A stretch of DNA of 64,000 nt from Anaerolineales bacterium (GCA_027494035.1 JAOSJQ010000001.1:1609675-1673674); one strand, 5' to 3'; shown: positions 18,439 to 28,564, counted from the first letter of the stretch. Notes: generated by a model from the letters alone, not told the origin. Numbers and translations are program-made.

Positions 18439-19422
18439 GTGAAAAAGCGCGTTTTTTCTGGCATTCAACCGACGGGCAACCTTCATCTTGGGAACTATCT
18501 CGGCGCAATCCGGCGCTGGGTAGATGCACAATCCCAATACGACAACCTCTTTTGCATCGTCGACTTGCACGCGATTACCGTCCCTCAAGATCCACGGGCG
18601 CTGCGCGCCAAGAGCCGCGAAGTGGTGGCGCTGCTCTTTGCGGCTGGAATAGAACCTGACCAGTCTGCGGTGTTTATCCAATCGCACATTGGGGCGCATG
18701 CGGAACTGGCTTGGATTCTCAACTGCTACATCCCGATGGGCTGGATGCAGCGCATGACCCAATTCAAAGAGAAATCGCAGCGGCAGAAGGGGCAGGTCAG
18801 CGTTGGTCTTTTTGACTACCCGGCATTGATGGCTGCGGACATTCTGCTCTATGAAACCGACCTGGTGCCCGTGGGGGGAGATCAGAAGCAGCACGTGGAG
18901 TTGACGCGCGATGTCGCCCAGCACTTCAATTCAGTGTATGGGGACGTATTCAAATTACCCGAACCTCTCATGGGCGAGGTGGGAGCGCGCATCATGAGCC
19001 TGGACAACCCCACTAAGAAAATGAGCAAGAGCGAGACTGGCAAGGGTCATGCGCTAAACCTGCTGGATACGCCGGACGAAATTCGCGCCAAAATCATGAG
19101 CGCCACAACGGACTCGCTGCGCGAAATTCGGTTTGACCCGGACCGCCCCGCCGTCACCAACCTCCTGACCATTTATGAACTTTTCAGCGGGCTAAGCCGG
19201 ACGGCAATAGAGCAGCGGTTTGCTGGAAAAGGATATGCTGAACTTAAGCAGGAACTGGCAGATGTCGTAATCGAGCACCTGAAACCGCTGCAAGCGCGTT
19301 ATCGCGTGCTGGCGGACGATCCATCCCACCTCGATCACCTCTTGACAGAGGGAGCGTCCAGGGTGCAGCCGATTGCGGAAAAAACGGTGACCCGCGTGAA
19401 AGTAGCGATAGGACTGGGGTGA
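18439..19422 (+). CDS. trpS: Tryptophan--tRNA ligase
   Basis: FSGIQPTGNLHLGNYLG (HIGH-type) and KMSKS motifs; 327 aa. Confidence 0.93.
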   Translation: MKKRVFSGIQPTGNLHLGNYLGAIRRWVDAQSQYDNLFCIVDLHAITVPQDPRALRAKSREVVALLFAAGIEPDQSAVFIQSHIGAHAELAWILNCYIPMGWMQRMTQFKEKSQRQKGQVSVGLFDYPALMAADILLYETDLVPVGGDQKQHVELTRDVAQHFNSVYGDVFKLPEPLMGEVGARIMSLDNPTKKMSKSETGKGHALNLLDTPDEIRAKIMSATTDSLREIRFDPDRPAVTNLLTIYELFSGLSRTAIEQRFAGKGYAELKQELADVVIEHLKPLQARYRVLADDPSHLDHLLTEGASRVQPIAEKTVTRVKVAIGLG

Positions 19423-19439
19423 CCAGTCCTATCGAGCGC

Positions 19440-20861
19440 TTAATCGTTTGAATTCTCCAGCTTGATGTAGCGCGGCCGGATCATGTTCTCCGGAGATAGA
19501 ATATCATCAAGCTCGGCTTTGGATAGATACCCCTTTTCCAGGACGATCTCATAAACCGAACCGCCCGTCGCAAGAGCCTGGTTAGCGATTTCGGTTGATT
19601 TCTCGTAGCCGATATAAGGGTTGAGAACGGTAACCAATCCGATGCTGTTTTCTACCATGCGCCGGCAGGCTTCACGGTTGGCGGTGATGCCCGTGATGCA
19701 GCGCTCAGCCAGGGTGCGGCAAGCCCGCCCGAGCAAGTCGAGCGAAGTGAATAAGTTGTAAGCAATGACCGGTCCCATCACGTTTAACTCCAATTGACCG
19801 GCTTCAGCCGCTAGTGTGACGGTCAAGTCGTTGCCGATGACCTCAAAAGCCACCTGGTTGACCACCTCGGGAATGATCGGGTTGACCTTGCCCGGCATGA
19901 TGGATGAGCCGGGCGCCATGGGCGGCAGGTTGATCTCGTGCAGCCCGGCGCGCGGTCCCGAAGCCAGAAGGCGCAGATCGTTGCAAATTTTGGAGAGCTT
20001 GACTGCCACACGCTTGAGCACGCCCGAGAGCTGGACGTAAGCCCCAAAGTCTTGGGTCGCTTCAACCAGGTCGTGCGATTCGATCAGCGGTACGCCGCTG
20101 ATTGCTGCCAGCCGGGCAGTTGCCAGCGAAGCGTAATCGGGATGGGCATTTAGACCGGTGCCGATCGCCGTAGCGCCCAAATTGATTTCATGGATCAACG
20201 CCTGCGCCTCGCGCACGCGTACAATATCTTCGCCCACCATCACCGCCCACGCCCCAAACTCCTGTCCGAGGGTCATTGGCACCGCGTCCTGAAGCTGGGT
20301 ACGCCCCAATTTGATCACATCGGCAAACTCCGTGCTCTTGGCGCTGAACGCCTGGCGCAGCCCCTCCATCTCATGGATTAAACCGTCCATCATTTGGCTC
20401 AGTGTGAGGCGGAGCGCCGTAGGGTAAACGTCGTTGGTCGACTGCGACATGTTGACGTGGTTGAGCGGGTGCAAGATATCGTAGGCGCCTTTCTCATGCC
20501 CCAGCGATTCAAGCGCCAGGTTCGCAATCACCTCGTTGGCGTTCATGTTTGTCGAGGTGCCGGCGCCGCCCTGGATCACATCCACCACGAATTCTTCGTG
20601 ATAACGCCCGGCAACGATCAAATCGCACGCCTGCGCAATAGCCTGAGCCAGACGCGGCTCCAGCAAACCCAGCTCCGCGTTAGCCAGCGCCGCAGCTTTC
20701 TTGATGTACGCCAGCGATTTGATGAACTGAGGGTAGTGCGCAACAGGGATGCCGGTGAAGTTGAAGTTCTCCAATGCCCGTAGTGTCTGGATCCCATAGT
20801 AGCGCTCGGCGGGCACTTCGCGTTCGCCGAGCAGATCATGTTCGAGGCGTGTCTGGGTCAT
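19440..20861 (-). CDS. aspA: Aspartate ammonia-lyase (fumarate-lyase superfamily)
   Basis: N-terminus RLEHDLLGEREVPAERYYGIQTLRALENF and signature GSSIMPGKVNP. AspA versus class II fumarase is decided only by the N-terminal pattern. Confidence 0.8.
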   Translation of the reverse strand: MTQTRLEHDLLGEREVPAERYYGIQTLRALENFNFTGIPVAHYPQFIKSLAYIKKAAALANAELGLLEPRLAQAIAQACDLIVAGRYHEEFVVDVIQGGAGTSTNMNANEVIANLALESLGHEKGAYDILHPLNHVNMSQSTNDVYPTALRLTLSQMMDGLIHEMEGLRQAFSAKSTEFADVIKLGRTQLQDAVPMTLGQEFGAWAVMVGEDIVRVREAQALIHEINLGATAIGTGLNAHPDYASLATARLAAISGVPLIESHDLVEATQDFGAYVQLSGVLKRVAVKLSKICNDLRLLASGPRAGLHEINLPPMAPGSSIMPGKVNPIIPEVVNQVAFEVIGNDLTVTLAAEAGQLELNVMGPVIAYNLFTSLDLLGRACRTLAERCITGITANREACRRMVENSIGLVTVLNPYIGYEKSTEIANQALATGGSVYEIVLEKGYLSKAELDDILSPENMIRPRYIKLENSND

Positions 20862-21072
20862 ACATTTCTCCTGTTGTGAAAGATATTGTAATAACTCAAA
20901 AAATCACCGTACTGCGTAGAGCGAATCCGCGGTTCAGCGGCGGTTGGCTCTTAGCTGCCAGGTCAGCGTCCGTTGATCACGCATAGGGGGAAAGATGGCT
21001 GGCTCAGTTCTATCAGCAAAAGCGGGGCTTTCCAATCGCGCGAACTCCGCAGCTTTGCCGCTGGAATCGCGT

Positions 21073-21486
21073 TTAGCGATAATCGCCAGACGCTTCCGGT
21101 TGATAGACGACTTCCTTGACGCGGATCGAGCGTCTTCCGCCTGGGGTTTCCCATTCGAATACATCCCCAACTTTGTAACCGAGCATCGCGGTACCGATTG
21201 GAGCCAGAACGGATATTTTCCCTTGAGAAGGCTCCGCCTCTTCGGGGAACACCAGCGTATAGACCATCTCTTCGTCCGATGCTAGGTCGATCAAACGGGC
21301 GGTCGAGTATAACGTGATCACATCCGGGGGATTTCGTTTGGATCCACAACCCGAGCTTTGTCTAATTCGCCCGTCAGCATGTGCAAATAGGCGCTGCCGC
21401 GGTAGTCGGAATATCGGGCTTCCAAGAGAAGATCCCTCAACTTCTTTGCATCGTTTTTTGTGACATAGATCACAGGTTGGTCCATC
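21073..21486 (-). CDS. GreA/Rnk-like regulator (C-terminal GreA/B FKBP-like domain); frameshift at a G5 run
   Basis: Upstream reading MDQPVIYVTKNDAKKLRDLLLEARYSDYRGSAYLHMLTGELDKARVVDPNEIP joins ORF 21073..21321 (PDVITLYSTARLID...) if one base is added to G5 at 21326-21330. Confidence 0.65.
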   Translation of the reverse strand, partial: DGPTCDLCHKKRCKEVEGSSLGSPIFRLPRQRLFAHADGRIRQSSGCGSKRNPPDVITLYSTARLIDLASDEEMVYTLVFPEEAEPSQGKISVLAPIGTAMLGYKVGDVFEWETPGGRRSIRVKEVVYQPEASGDYR

Positions 21487-21548
21487 TTTAATCCTTGTAG
21501 GTTATCAATACAATACTATCTGCGTGTTCAGCCAACAAGAGTTCGTAC

Positions 21549-21590
21549 AAAAAACACTTCCGTGAAGGTCGGCGCTCACGGAAGTGTTTT
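21549..21590 (-). terminator. Strong hairpin flanked by A6 / T4 (intrinsic-terminator-like, better U-tract on the minus strand)
   Basis: ACACTTCCGTGA (21554-21565) - 10 nt loop - TCACGGAAGTGT (21576-21587). A6 at 21549-21554 gives U6 on the minus strand. Sits about 65 nt upstream of the rnk-like ATG with no gene to terminate. Confidence 0.55.
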
Positions 21591-21865
21591 GCAGTGCAAA
21601 GCTAAAACTACCCTTCACATGAGCAAGATGCGCCCCTCCGCTTTGGGCGTCATCCAGAATGTATTGGGCTGTTTAAGCGTCTGGTCATGCGTAGTAAGCG
21701 ATATAATCGAAAAAGGATGCCCACCAGATTTCATATAGGGTTGTTCGGAACCTCGTCCCAAAAAGCGCTCGAGAAGATCGAGCATACCAACACTAAGGCT
21801 GTAAACGGATTATACCAGTTTTCATACCTTGTACTTAAATCGCCGCATCGTCAAGAGGAACTGTC

Positions 21866-24023
21866 ATGGAGTATCGGTTTTCTGACGTAGTCTCGATCCC
21901 CAACCTTCAACAAATGCTGGTTTCTTTCTTTTCCGGCTGCGGGATAACGGCTGAAATAGTGGATTCAGGCGGTCAAGTCGTTGCGGCAGCGGGTCAGCAT
22001 CTTTTCGAGAAATTTCATCTTGGGGATCACCGGTCTGCCCAATTACGCTGGCAGAGCGGTGAAGAAGGCAATTTCCCAAATAACGGCGAAGGCGCAAGGC
22101 GCTGTGAACTCCTCGACGGGTTTTTCGTGTACGCCTGTGACATTCGCGTTGAAAACCAGAAAATCGCCACCCTCTATCTCGGTCCGGTTTTTCGCGCCGC
22201 GCCGAATGAAGATCGTTTGCGTCTGCTGGCGCGGGAACACGGAATTGACGAAGCGCCTTTTCTACAGGCAGCCCAAGAGGCGCCAGTCGTATCGGAAGCG
22301 CAAGCTGCGGGTTACATTGCACTGCTCGTTCAACTCGTCCAGCGCCTGGCAGAAAAGGGACTCAGCGAACTGCGATTGACGGCATCGATCGCAGACGCGC
22401 AGGCGCGCCAGGAAAAAACCCAACAGGTTTATCACGAGTTGGAAACCCGCGTCCGCGAGAGGACCGAAGAGTTGGAGCGAGTTAACCTGGCGTTACAAGA
22501 GAGCGAGCAGCGCTTCCGGGTTGCGCTGATCGACACACCGGTGGTCGTATTTCACCAGGATCCAGACCTCCGCTATTCTTGGATCTACAACCCTCAAAAT
22601 TATGCCCATCAGCCCATTATCGGTAAAACGGATGCGGATCTGTTTTCCGCGGAAGATGCCCTGCGTCTGGAGGCGTTAAAAAAACGCGTCATGACAACCG
22701 GGCTGTTGACCCGTGAGGAGGTAGCGATAACGGGGGACGCCGGGACATCGTTTTACGATATGACCCTTGACGCCCTATATGACGCAAATGGCGCCGTCGC
22801 AGGGCTGACGTGCGCCGCGACGGATATCACCGAGCGCAAGCATATCGAAGAAGAGATGCGCAAACGCTTGGCGGAGAGCGAGGGCATCCAGCGGATCGCC
22901 AAAGGCTTGTTACAGAAAATCGGCTTAGAGGAGGTGTTAGAGATCGTTTGTACCGAAGCGATGAACTTGCTCGGCGCAAAAGGCAGCGCAGTTTTGCTCC
23001 TAGACGAGGACGGGTGGCTGAAGCTCACCCATCGCGTCGGGTCGCCCGAATATAAATTAGACCACCTACACGTGACAGGGTCTTTTGCCGGTCAGGCAGT
23101 CCAGACGGGCAGCCATGTGTGGGTAAGCCGACAGATAGATGCCCCTGACGACGCTACAGATCAGTGGCGCGGTTATCCCTGGACGCCGGGTCTGCTTTCG
23201 ATGCTGTCGGTGCCTTTGAAAGTGGATCTGCAAACGATCGGGGTGTTGAATATCCTGGATAAACCGGGCGACCTCACCGAGGAAGACGTGCGGATTATCA
23301 ACCTGTTTGCCGACCAGGCCGCGATCATTATTGAGCATGTGCGCTTGCAGCGCCGGGCTGAGCAGTTTGCCGTATTGGAAGAGCGCCAGCGCCTGGCGCG
23401 CGAGCTGCATGATTCGGTGACACAGGCGCTTTACGGTGTGACCTTGTATGCAGATGCAGCCAGCCTGGCGTTCTCAAGGCAGCAATGGGAGGCGCTTGAG
23501 CGCAATTTGCAAGAGGCGCGCAACATGGCGCGCGAAGCGATGTACGACATGCGCTTATTGGTTTTCGAGCTGCGCCCATTGATGCTGGAAAAGGAAGGGG
23601 TTGCCGCAGTCCTGCGCGCCAGACTGACTGCAGTTGAAGCGCGGGCTGGGTTGAAAGCTGATCTTCTCGTCGAAGGTGAAAGGCGTTTGCCGATTGGCAT
23701 CGAAGAGCAAATCTATCGGATTGTCCAAGAGGGCTTGACTAATGTGATTAAGCACGCCAAAGCCAGCGTGGTTCAAATTCGTCTGGTATTCGACGAGGAA
23801 GTTGTCCATCTGGAAATTAAAGATGACGGGCTGGGTTTTGATCCAGAGAAGGATACCGACCAGAGTGGCGGGATGGGGCTGCAGGGTATCCAGGAAAGAG
23901 TTCAGCAAGTGGGCGGGCGCCTGGAGATCGAGAGCGCGGCTGCGAAAGGGACGCGTTTATCCGTGACGATCCCGACCCGCGCGCTGATTTCGAAAAAAAT
24001 CAACCGGGGATGCAGGGAGGTAG
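21866..24023 (+). CDS. Sensor histidine kinase (N-terminal sensor, PAS, GAF, HisKA_3, HATPase)
   Basis: ERQRLARELHDSVTQALY (HisKA_3 H-box) and GGMGLQGIQERV...GTRLSVTIP (ATPase). As sequenced it runs on into the response regulator. Dropping one A from A7 (23993-23999) gives a TAG at 24021-24023. Confidence 0.75.
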
Positions 24024-24028
24024 CCGAT

Positions 24029-24709
24029 ATGGGAAAAGGAGCGATCAAGCTTTTGGTGGTCGATGATCAAAGCATCGTCCGGAAAGGCATCTGCGCGCTG
24101 CTGGAACAGGTCGATGACATCGATGTGGTGGGAGAAGCCTCGAACGGCATAGAAGCGATTGCCCAGGCTAAAACGCTTCACCCTGATGTGATCTTAATGG
24201 ACCTGGTGATGCCCAAGATGGATGGCATCACCGCGATCCAGCAGATCCTGGCGCATCAGCCACGCATGCGCATCATGGCTCTAACGAGTTTTGTTGCCGA
24301 AGACAAAGTCCTCCCAGCCATCAAAGCCGGCGCGCTGGGTTATCTGCTCAAAGACTCCGAACCCGAAGAGCTCATTATGGCGATTCGCAAGGTGAGCCGC
24401 GGGGAACCGTCGTTGCACCCGACTGTGGCTAAAATGATGCTCGAAGAATTGAGCCAGCCGGTCAAGCAGCCGCTGACGCCCGATCCGTTGACCGAGCGCG
24501 AAGTGGATGTGGTGCGTTTGGTGGCGCAAGGGCTCAGCAACCGCCAGATCGCCGACCAGCTCGTCATTGGAGAAGCCACCGTTCGCACGCATGTGGGCAA
24601 TATCCTCAATAAGCTGCATCTGGCAAATCGCGTCCAAGCCACACTCTATGCGCTGCGCGAGGGGTTGACCTCACTGGACGACCAGAATCGTCCCGACAAC
24701 CAGGAATAG
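24029..24709 (+). CDS. NarL/LuxR-family response regulator
   Basis: MGKGAIKLLVVDDQSIVRKG..DVILMDLVMPKMDG (receiver) plus LTEREVDVVRLVAQGLSNRQIADQLVIGEATVRTHVGNILNKL (LuxR HTH). An AGGGAGG SD lies 8 nt upstream. Confidence 0.8.
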   Translation: MGKGAIKLLVVDDQSIVRKGICALLEQVDDIDVVGEASNGIEAIAQAKTLHPDVILMDLVMPKMDGITAIQQILAHQPRMRIMALTSFVAEDKVLPAIKAGALGYLLKDSEPEELIMAIRKVSRGEPSLHPTVAKMMLEELSQPVKQPLTPDPLTEREVDVVRLVAQGLSNRQIADQLVIGEATVRTHVGNILNKLHLANRVQATLYALREGLTSLDDQNRPDNQE

Positions 24710-24876
24710 CCATGTGAATTTAAGCTGAGATGATAGCGCGGATCAGAGGGGCGATTGTAAATATCCGCAAAAATACGGATGCGAAAATCCACATCCCTCG
24801 GATGACGAATGCTGCCGGGCGGGGTATTCTCTATACTGGAGATAAGAGCTGCACGTATCTGGTGTAAGGGATTGAA

Positions 24877-25266
24877 GTGAACGCGGGCAATACTAAGACC
24901 GTATTGATTTGTGATAATGAAGCCAGGGTGCGCCAGGCGCTCAAAGCCCTGCTGCTCGCCCGCGAAGTTCCTGGAGAGAAGAGCGCGTCGCCGGCAATTC
25001 AGGTAGTTGGAGAGGCGTGTCACGGCTCTGACGCCGTCCGGATGGTGGAGCTTCTCCAGCCGGAGGTGGTTCTCATGGACGCCAGTATGCCGGGGATTAG
25101 CGGGATTGAAGCAGCGCGGTTGATCAAACGCAAGTGGCCGAATGTGAGAATTGTGATGCTCACGATGTATCCTGACACACGCACGGAGGCAGCAGATGCA
25201 GGGGTGGACGCTTTCCTGCTCAAAGGGTGTCTGGCTGAGACGCTGTTCGACGCCATCTTGACCTGA
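24877..25266 (+). CDS. Stand-alone receiver (CheY-like) domain protein
   Basis: VLICDNEARVR...EVVLMDASMPGISGIEAARLIKRKWPNVRIVMLT..DAFLLKG. Confidence 0.7.
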   Translation: MNAGNTKTVLICDNEARVRQALKALLLAREVPGEKSASPAIQVVGEACHGSDAVRMVELLQPEVVLMDASMPGISGIEAARLIKRKWPNVRIVMLTMYPDTRTEAADAGVDAFLLKGCLAETLFDAILT

Positions 25267-25392
25267 ATCCCCGGGCAATGTCCACAAGAAGGAGAGCACG
25301 ATCACAGGGAAGAGACTGCAGTCGACGAAGTAGCTGCCATAAGGCAGTAAGCCCAAATCGGATCAGAAAGATCGAATCACAGAGATAAGGAT

Positions 25393-26592
25393 ATGGTCAT
25401 GAAACATTATAAATATTTGATTGTTGGCGGCGGGCTGACGGGCGACGCAGCCGTCCGCGGAATTCGCGAACTGGACTCGGAAGGTTCTATTGGCATGTTC
25501 AGCCGGGAGCTTGACCCGCCCTATATGCGACCTAACCTCTCCAAGGGATTGTGGAAAGGTCGCCCAGTCGAAAAGATCTGGCGCAACACCCAGAATATGA
25601 ACGTGGAATTGCACCTGGATAGCAAGATTGTCGAGCTCGACCCAGCCAGCAAAACCGTCCGTGGTGGACAGGGGAACGCGTACACATACGACAAATTGCT
25701 CCTGGCAACCGGGGGGGCGCCGATCCGGCTGCCTTTTGGGGGCAGCGATATCATTTATTATCGAAGTTTCCAGGATTACCTGCGTTTGCACAAATTGAGT
25801 GAAGAAAAAGAACGGTTTCTGGTGATCGGCGGCGGCTTCATCGGGTCCGAGATCGCCGCGGCGCTGACGATGGCGGGTAAGAAAGTCGTTATGGTCTTCC
25901 TCGAGGATGCTATCGGCGCGAATATTTTCCCCAGCGATTTATCCCATTTTCTGAACGACTTTTATCGCCAAAAGGGCGTGGAGGTGGCGCCCGGAGACGC
26001 CGTCGCCAGCCTTGAAAAAACGGGGGAAAGCTTCTCAGTGCGCACTCGAGAAGGGCGCTCCTATGAGGTGGACGGCGTGGTGGCTGGAATTGGGATCCGA
26101 CCGAACATTGAGCTTGCCCAGCAAGCCGGTTTGCAGCTAGACAATGGGATTGTTGTCGACGACCAGTTGCGAACCTCAGCTCCCGATGTTTATGCTGCCG
26201 GCGATGTGGCGAATTTCTTTCATTCCACGTTAGGGCGGCGCGTGCGCGTGGAGCATGAAGACAACGCCATCCAGATGGGCAAACTGGCGGGTCGCAATAT
26301 GGCTGGCGCGACCGATACGTATACCCATGTCCCAATGTTTTACTCCGACCTGTTCGAGCTTGGCTTTGAGGCGGTCGGAGAGTTGAGCAGCAAGCTGAAG
26401 ACGGTGGCGGACTGGCAGGAACCGTTCAAAGAGGGCGTTGTGTATTACCTGGATGGAAACCGGGTGCGCGGCGTTTTGTTGTGGAATGTTTGGGACACCG
26501 TGCCAGCCGCCCGCGCGCTGCTCGCCGAACCCGGTCCATTTGAACCGGCTGAGCTTAATCGCAGCTTATTGCAAGAAAGGAAAGAGGGATGA
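25393..26592 (+). CDS. FAD-dependent pyridine-nucleotide-disulfide oxidoreductase (ferredoxin-reductase/AIF-like)
   Basis: Two Rossmann GxGxxG motifs (YLIVGGGLTGDAA; FLVIGGGFIGSEIAAA) and AAGDVA. Confidence 0.8.
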   Translation: MVMKHYKYLIVGGGLTGDAAVRGIRELDSEGSIGMFSRELDPPYMRPNLSKGLWKGRPVEKIWRNTQNMNVELHLDSKIVELDPASKTVRGGQGNAYTYDKLLLATGGAPIRLPFGGSDIIYYRSFQDYLRLHKLSEEKERFLVIGGGFIGSEIAAALTMAGKKVVMVFLEDAIGANIFPSDLSHFLNDFYRQKGVEVAPGDAVASLEKTGESFSVRTREGRSYEVDGVVAGIGIRPNIELAQQAGLQLDNGIVVDDQLRTSAPDVYAAGDVANFFHSTLGRRVRVEHEDNAIQMGKLAGRNMAGATDTYTHVPMFYSDLFELGFEAVGELSSKLKTVADWQEPFKEGVVYYLDGNRVRGVLLWNVWDTVPAARALLAEPGPFEPAELNRSLLQERKEG

Positions 26593-26915
26593 AGTTCATA
26601 AATCTTTTAGAAGACTGGCAGTTCAACCCGAAGGGACCTCACGCCGAACCCTTGCACGTCGACCGGAACGGCAGGGCAATCCTGTTCTGCTTGAATCCGG
26701 GGCAGTCGATCCGTGAGCACAACGTGCCCAGCTCGCCCTTCTACATCGTCATCCTCAGCGGTCGAGGTGTATTCGCGGGCAGCGACGGCGAAGAAAAGAC
26801 GTTCGGTCCAAATACGCTGTTGGTGTTCGATCCCGCTGAACAGCATTTCATTCGCGCCCTGGACGAGCTGGTCTTTGTGGGCTTTTTGCATGGCGCGCCT
26901 GGCGCGCAGACATAA
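26589..26915 (+). CDS. Cupin-domain protein
   Basis: 108 aa. G.SIREHNVPSSPFYIVILSGRGVF...HFIRALDELVFVGFLH fits a single cupin barrel. ATGA-type overlap with the upstream gene. Confidence 0.6.
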   Translation: MKFINLLEDWQFNPKGPHAEPLHVDRNGRAILFCLNPGQSIREHNVPSSPFYIVILSGRGVFAGSDGEEKTFGPNTLLVFDPAEQHFIRALDELVFVGFLHGAPGAQT

Positions 26916-26992
26916 TCATGGATACTGTGCTGATCTTGCGCAGTTCCCGATAATCACACATCTTCCATATCTTGGATTGTAAGGAGAGAAAA

Positions 26993-27409
26993 ATGGCAGT
27001 TCGCGAATCATCCGCATTTTGGAAAGGCAATTTACCAGAAGGCGCAGGCAGCATGCGCCTGGGTTCTGGAGCATACGAGGGTTCTTACAGCTACGCCTCG
27101 CGGTTCGAAGAAGCTCCCGGAACCAATCCGGAAGAGCTGATCGGCGCGGCGCACGCAGGGTGTTTCTCGATGTATCTCGCGGCGATCCTGTCCAAAGCCG
27201 GTCACGTCCCGACGCGCATCGACACCACCGCCAAAGTGCACCTCGGGGAAGGTCCCAAGATTAAATTGATCGAGCTTTCCACCGTGGGTGACGTTCCCGG
27301 TATCGATGAGGAGACCTTCAAGCAGTTCGCCGAACAGGCGAAAACGGGCTGCCCCGTTTCACAAGCCCTATCGGCTGTCGAGATGAGTCTGACAGCCCGC
27401 CTCGCTTGA
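26993..27409 (+). CDS. osmC: OsmC-family peroxiredoxin
   Basis: TNPEELIGAAHAGCFSM...AKTGCPVSQAL: the two conserved OsmC Cys motifs. Confidence 0.85.
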   Translation: MAVRESSAFWKGNLPEGAGSMRLGSGAYEGSYSYASRFEEAPGTNPEELIGAAHAGCFSMYLAAILSKAGHVPTRIDTTAKVHLGEGPKIKLIELSTVGDVPGIDEETFKQFAEQAKTGCPVSQALSAVEMSLTARLA

Positions 27410-27423
27410 GATGAGCAAAGATA

Positions 27424-28107
27424 ATGACGGGCGAGAACATCCCTGAATTATGGGAGTGGGCTGAGTATTATTGACCCTGGTGTTACGTTGCAGCCGTGCG
27501 CTTGCACAAGGTTATGCCCGAATACCAGGGACGGGTCCGGCTGCGGGTGCGCGCCTTCCCCTTAGAGATCTACGGAGGAGGCCCGCCCGATCGAAACGAG
27601 CTGGAACTGGAAATCTGGCTGGCTGCCATACAGGAACCCGAAGCAGCCTTCAAACCGTTCAAAGAGGAGTGGCTCACCACCACCTTGCCAGCTTTTGAAG
27701 GCGCGTGGTGCGCCTTTCAGCAAGGCGAGGCGTTCGGTTATGAATTTGATCTGCGCATCCGCAGGGCTTTTTTCTACGAAAGCCGCAACATCGGACGCCC
27801 AGAGGTCATCTTAGAGCTTGCCCGCGAAGCGGACCTGGATCTGGATCGTTTCACCCGAATGTTCAACAGCGGTGAAGCGCGCAAAGCGGTCCTCGAGGAA
27901 GGGCGGCTGGGTAAAGAGGTTTATAAAGTCCGCGGCACCCCCACGGTGATGCTGGCGGACGGAAAGAAGCTGCGTCACCCACTGGCTTATCCAAACATGG
28001 AAAATGGAAAGATCGTGGCGGTGAGCAAGCTGCCCTGTTGCGGCGAAGGCTGCTACCAAGCCACGCGCGACCTGTTCGAACAAGCTTTACAACACACAAA
28101 GGAGTAA
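27424..28107 (+). CDS. DsbA/FrnE-like thioredoxin-fold oxidoreductase with in-frame TGA (candidate Sec) at the first redox position
   Basis: ATG 27424 is in frame with track ORF 27496..28107 across a single TGA (27472-27474): MTGENIPELWEWAEYY-TGA-PWCYVAAVRLHKV... This aligns with the family motif (W)SD(F/Y)xCPWCY. The track ORF alone lacks the active site. Confidence 0.6.
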
Positions 28108-28111
28108 CACG

Positions 28112-28564
28112 ATGGAATTCAAAGTCCCCCATGCGCTGAAAGTCGAACACGATCAGTTGCATCACGATCTCACTCTAGCCATTGAATCCGGAGGGCAGAC
28201 CGGAACCGCAGCCCAAGTAGTGGCTGACGCCCTCCATGCGCACTTCGATGGCGAAGAAAAATACGCCCTCCAACCCCTGGGTCTGCTGCCCGCCATCGCG
28301 GAGGGTAAAATTACCCCCGAAATGGCGCAAGTGCTCGAGTTGACCGACACGCTGAAGGCAGAAATGCCCCGCATGTTGGAAGAACACCAGGTCATCGTGG
28401 ATGCGTTGAAGCAACTGATCGCTGCCGCCAAGCAGGAAGGGAAGCTGCAGCACGCCGATTTCGCCGAAAAGCTGATGCTGCACGCTCAAAGTGAAGAAGA
28501 GGTCGCCTATCCTGCAGCGCTCGTGATGGGAGAGTATCTGAAGCTAAAACTCGGTCGGGCTTGA
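28112..28564 (+). CDS. Hemerythrin-like/HHE-type helical metal-binding protein (tentative)
   Basis: 150 aa with spaced His/Glu (LKVEHDQLHHDL, LHAHFDGEEKY, LEEHQVI, LHAQSEEEVAYP). Confidence 0.5.
   Translation: MEFKVPHALKVEHDQLHHDLTLAIESGGQTGTAAQVVADALHAHFDGEEKYALQPLGLLPAIAEGKITPEMAQVLELTDTLKAEMPRMLEEHQVIVDALKQLIAAAKQEGKLQHADFAEKLMLHAQSEEEVAYPAALVMGEYLKLKLGRA

Noticed and set aside
21687-21890. A 67-aa ORF in the AT-rich spacer before the histidine kinase.
   Set aside because: No SD, and an implausible sequence (MRSKRYNRKRMPTRFHIGLFG...). It overlaps the kinase start. The region is treated as non-coding.
21866-24709. 947-aa single ORF that looks like a histidine kinase fused to its NarL-type response regulator (a one-polypeptide two-component system).
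   Set aside because: The junction contains an A7 run (23993-23999). With A6, the kinase ends ...ALISKKSTGDAGR-TAG at 24021-24023. An AGGGAGG SD then sits 8 nt before the regulator ATG at 24029, which is a standard two-gene layout. Given 11 other homopolymer indels in the window, the fusion is most likely an artefact.
27411-27446. An alternative ATG at 27411 as the start of the DsbA-like gene.
   Set aside because: That frame stops after 11 codons (MSKDNDGREHP*). Only ATG 27424 is in frame with the thioredoxin-fold body.
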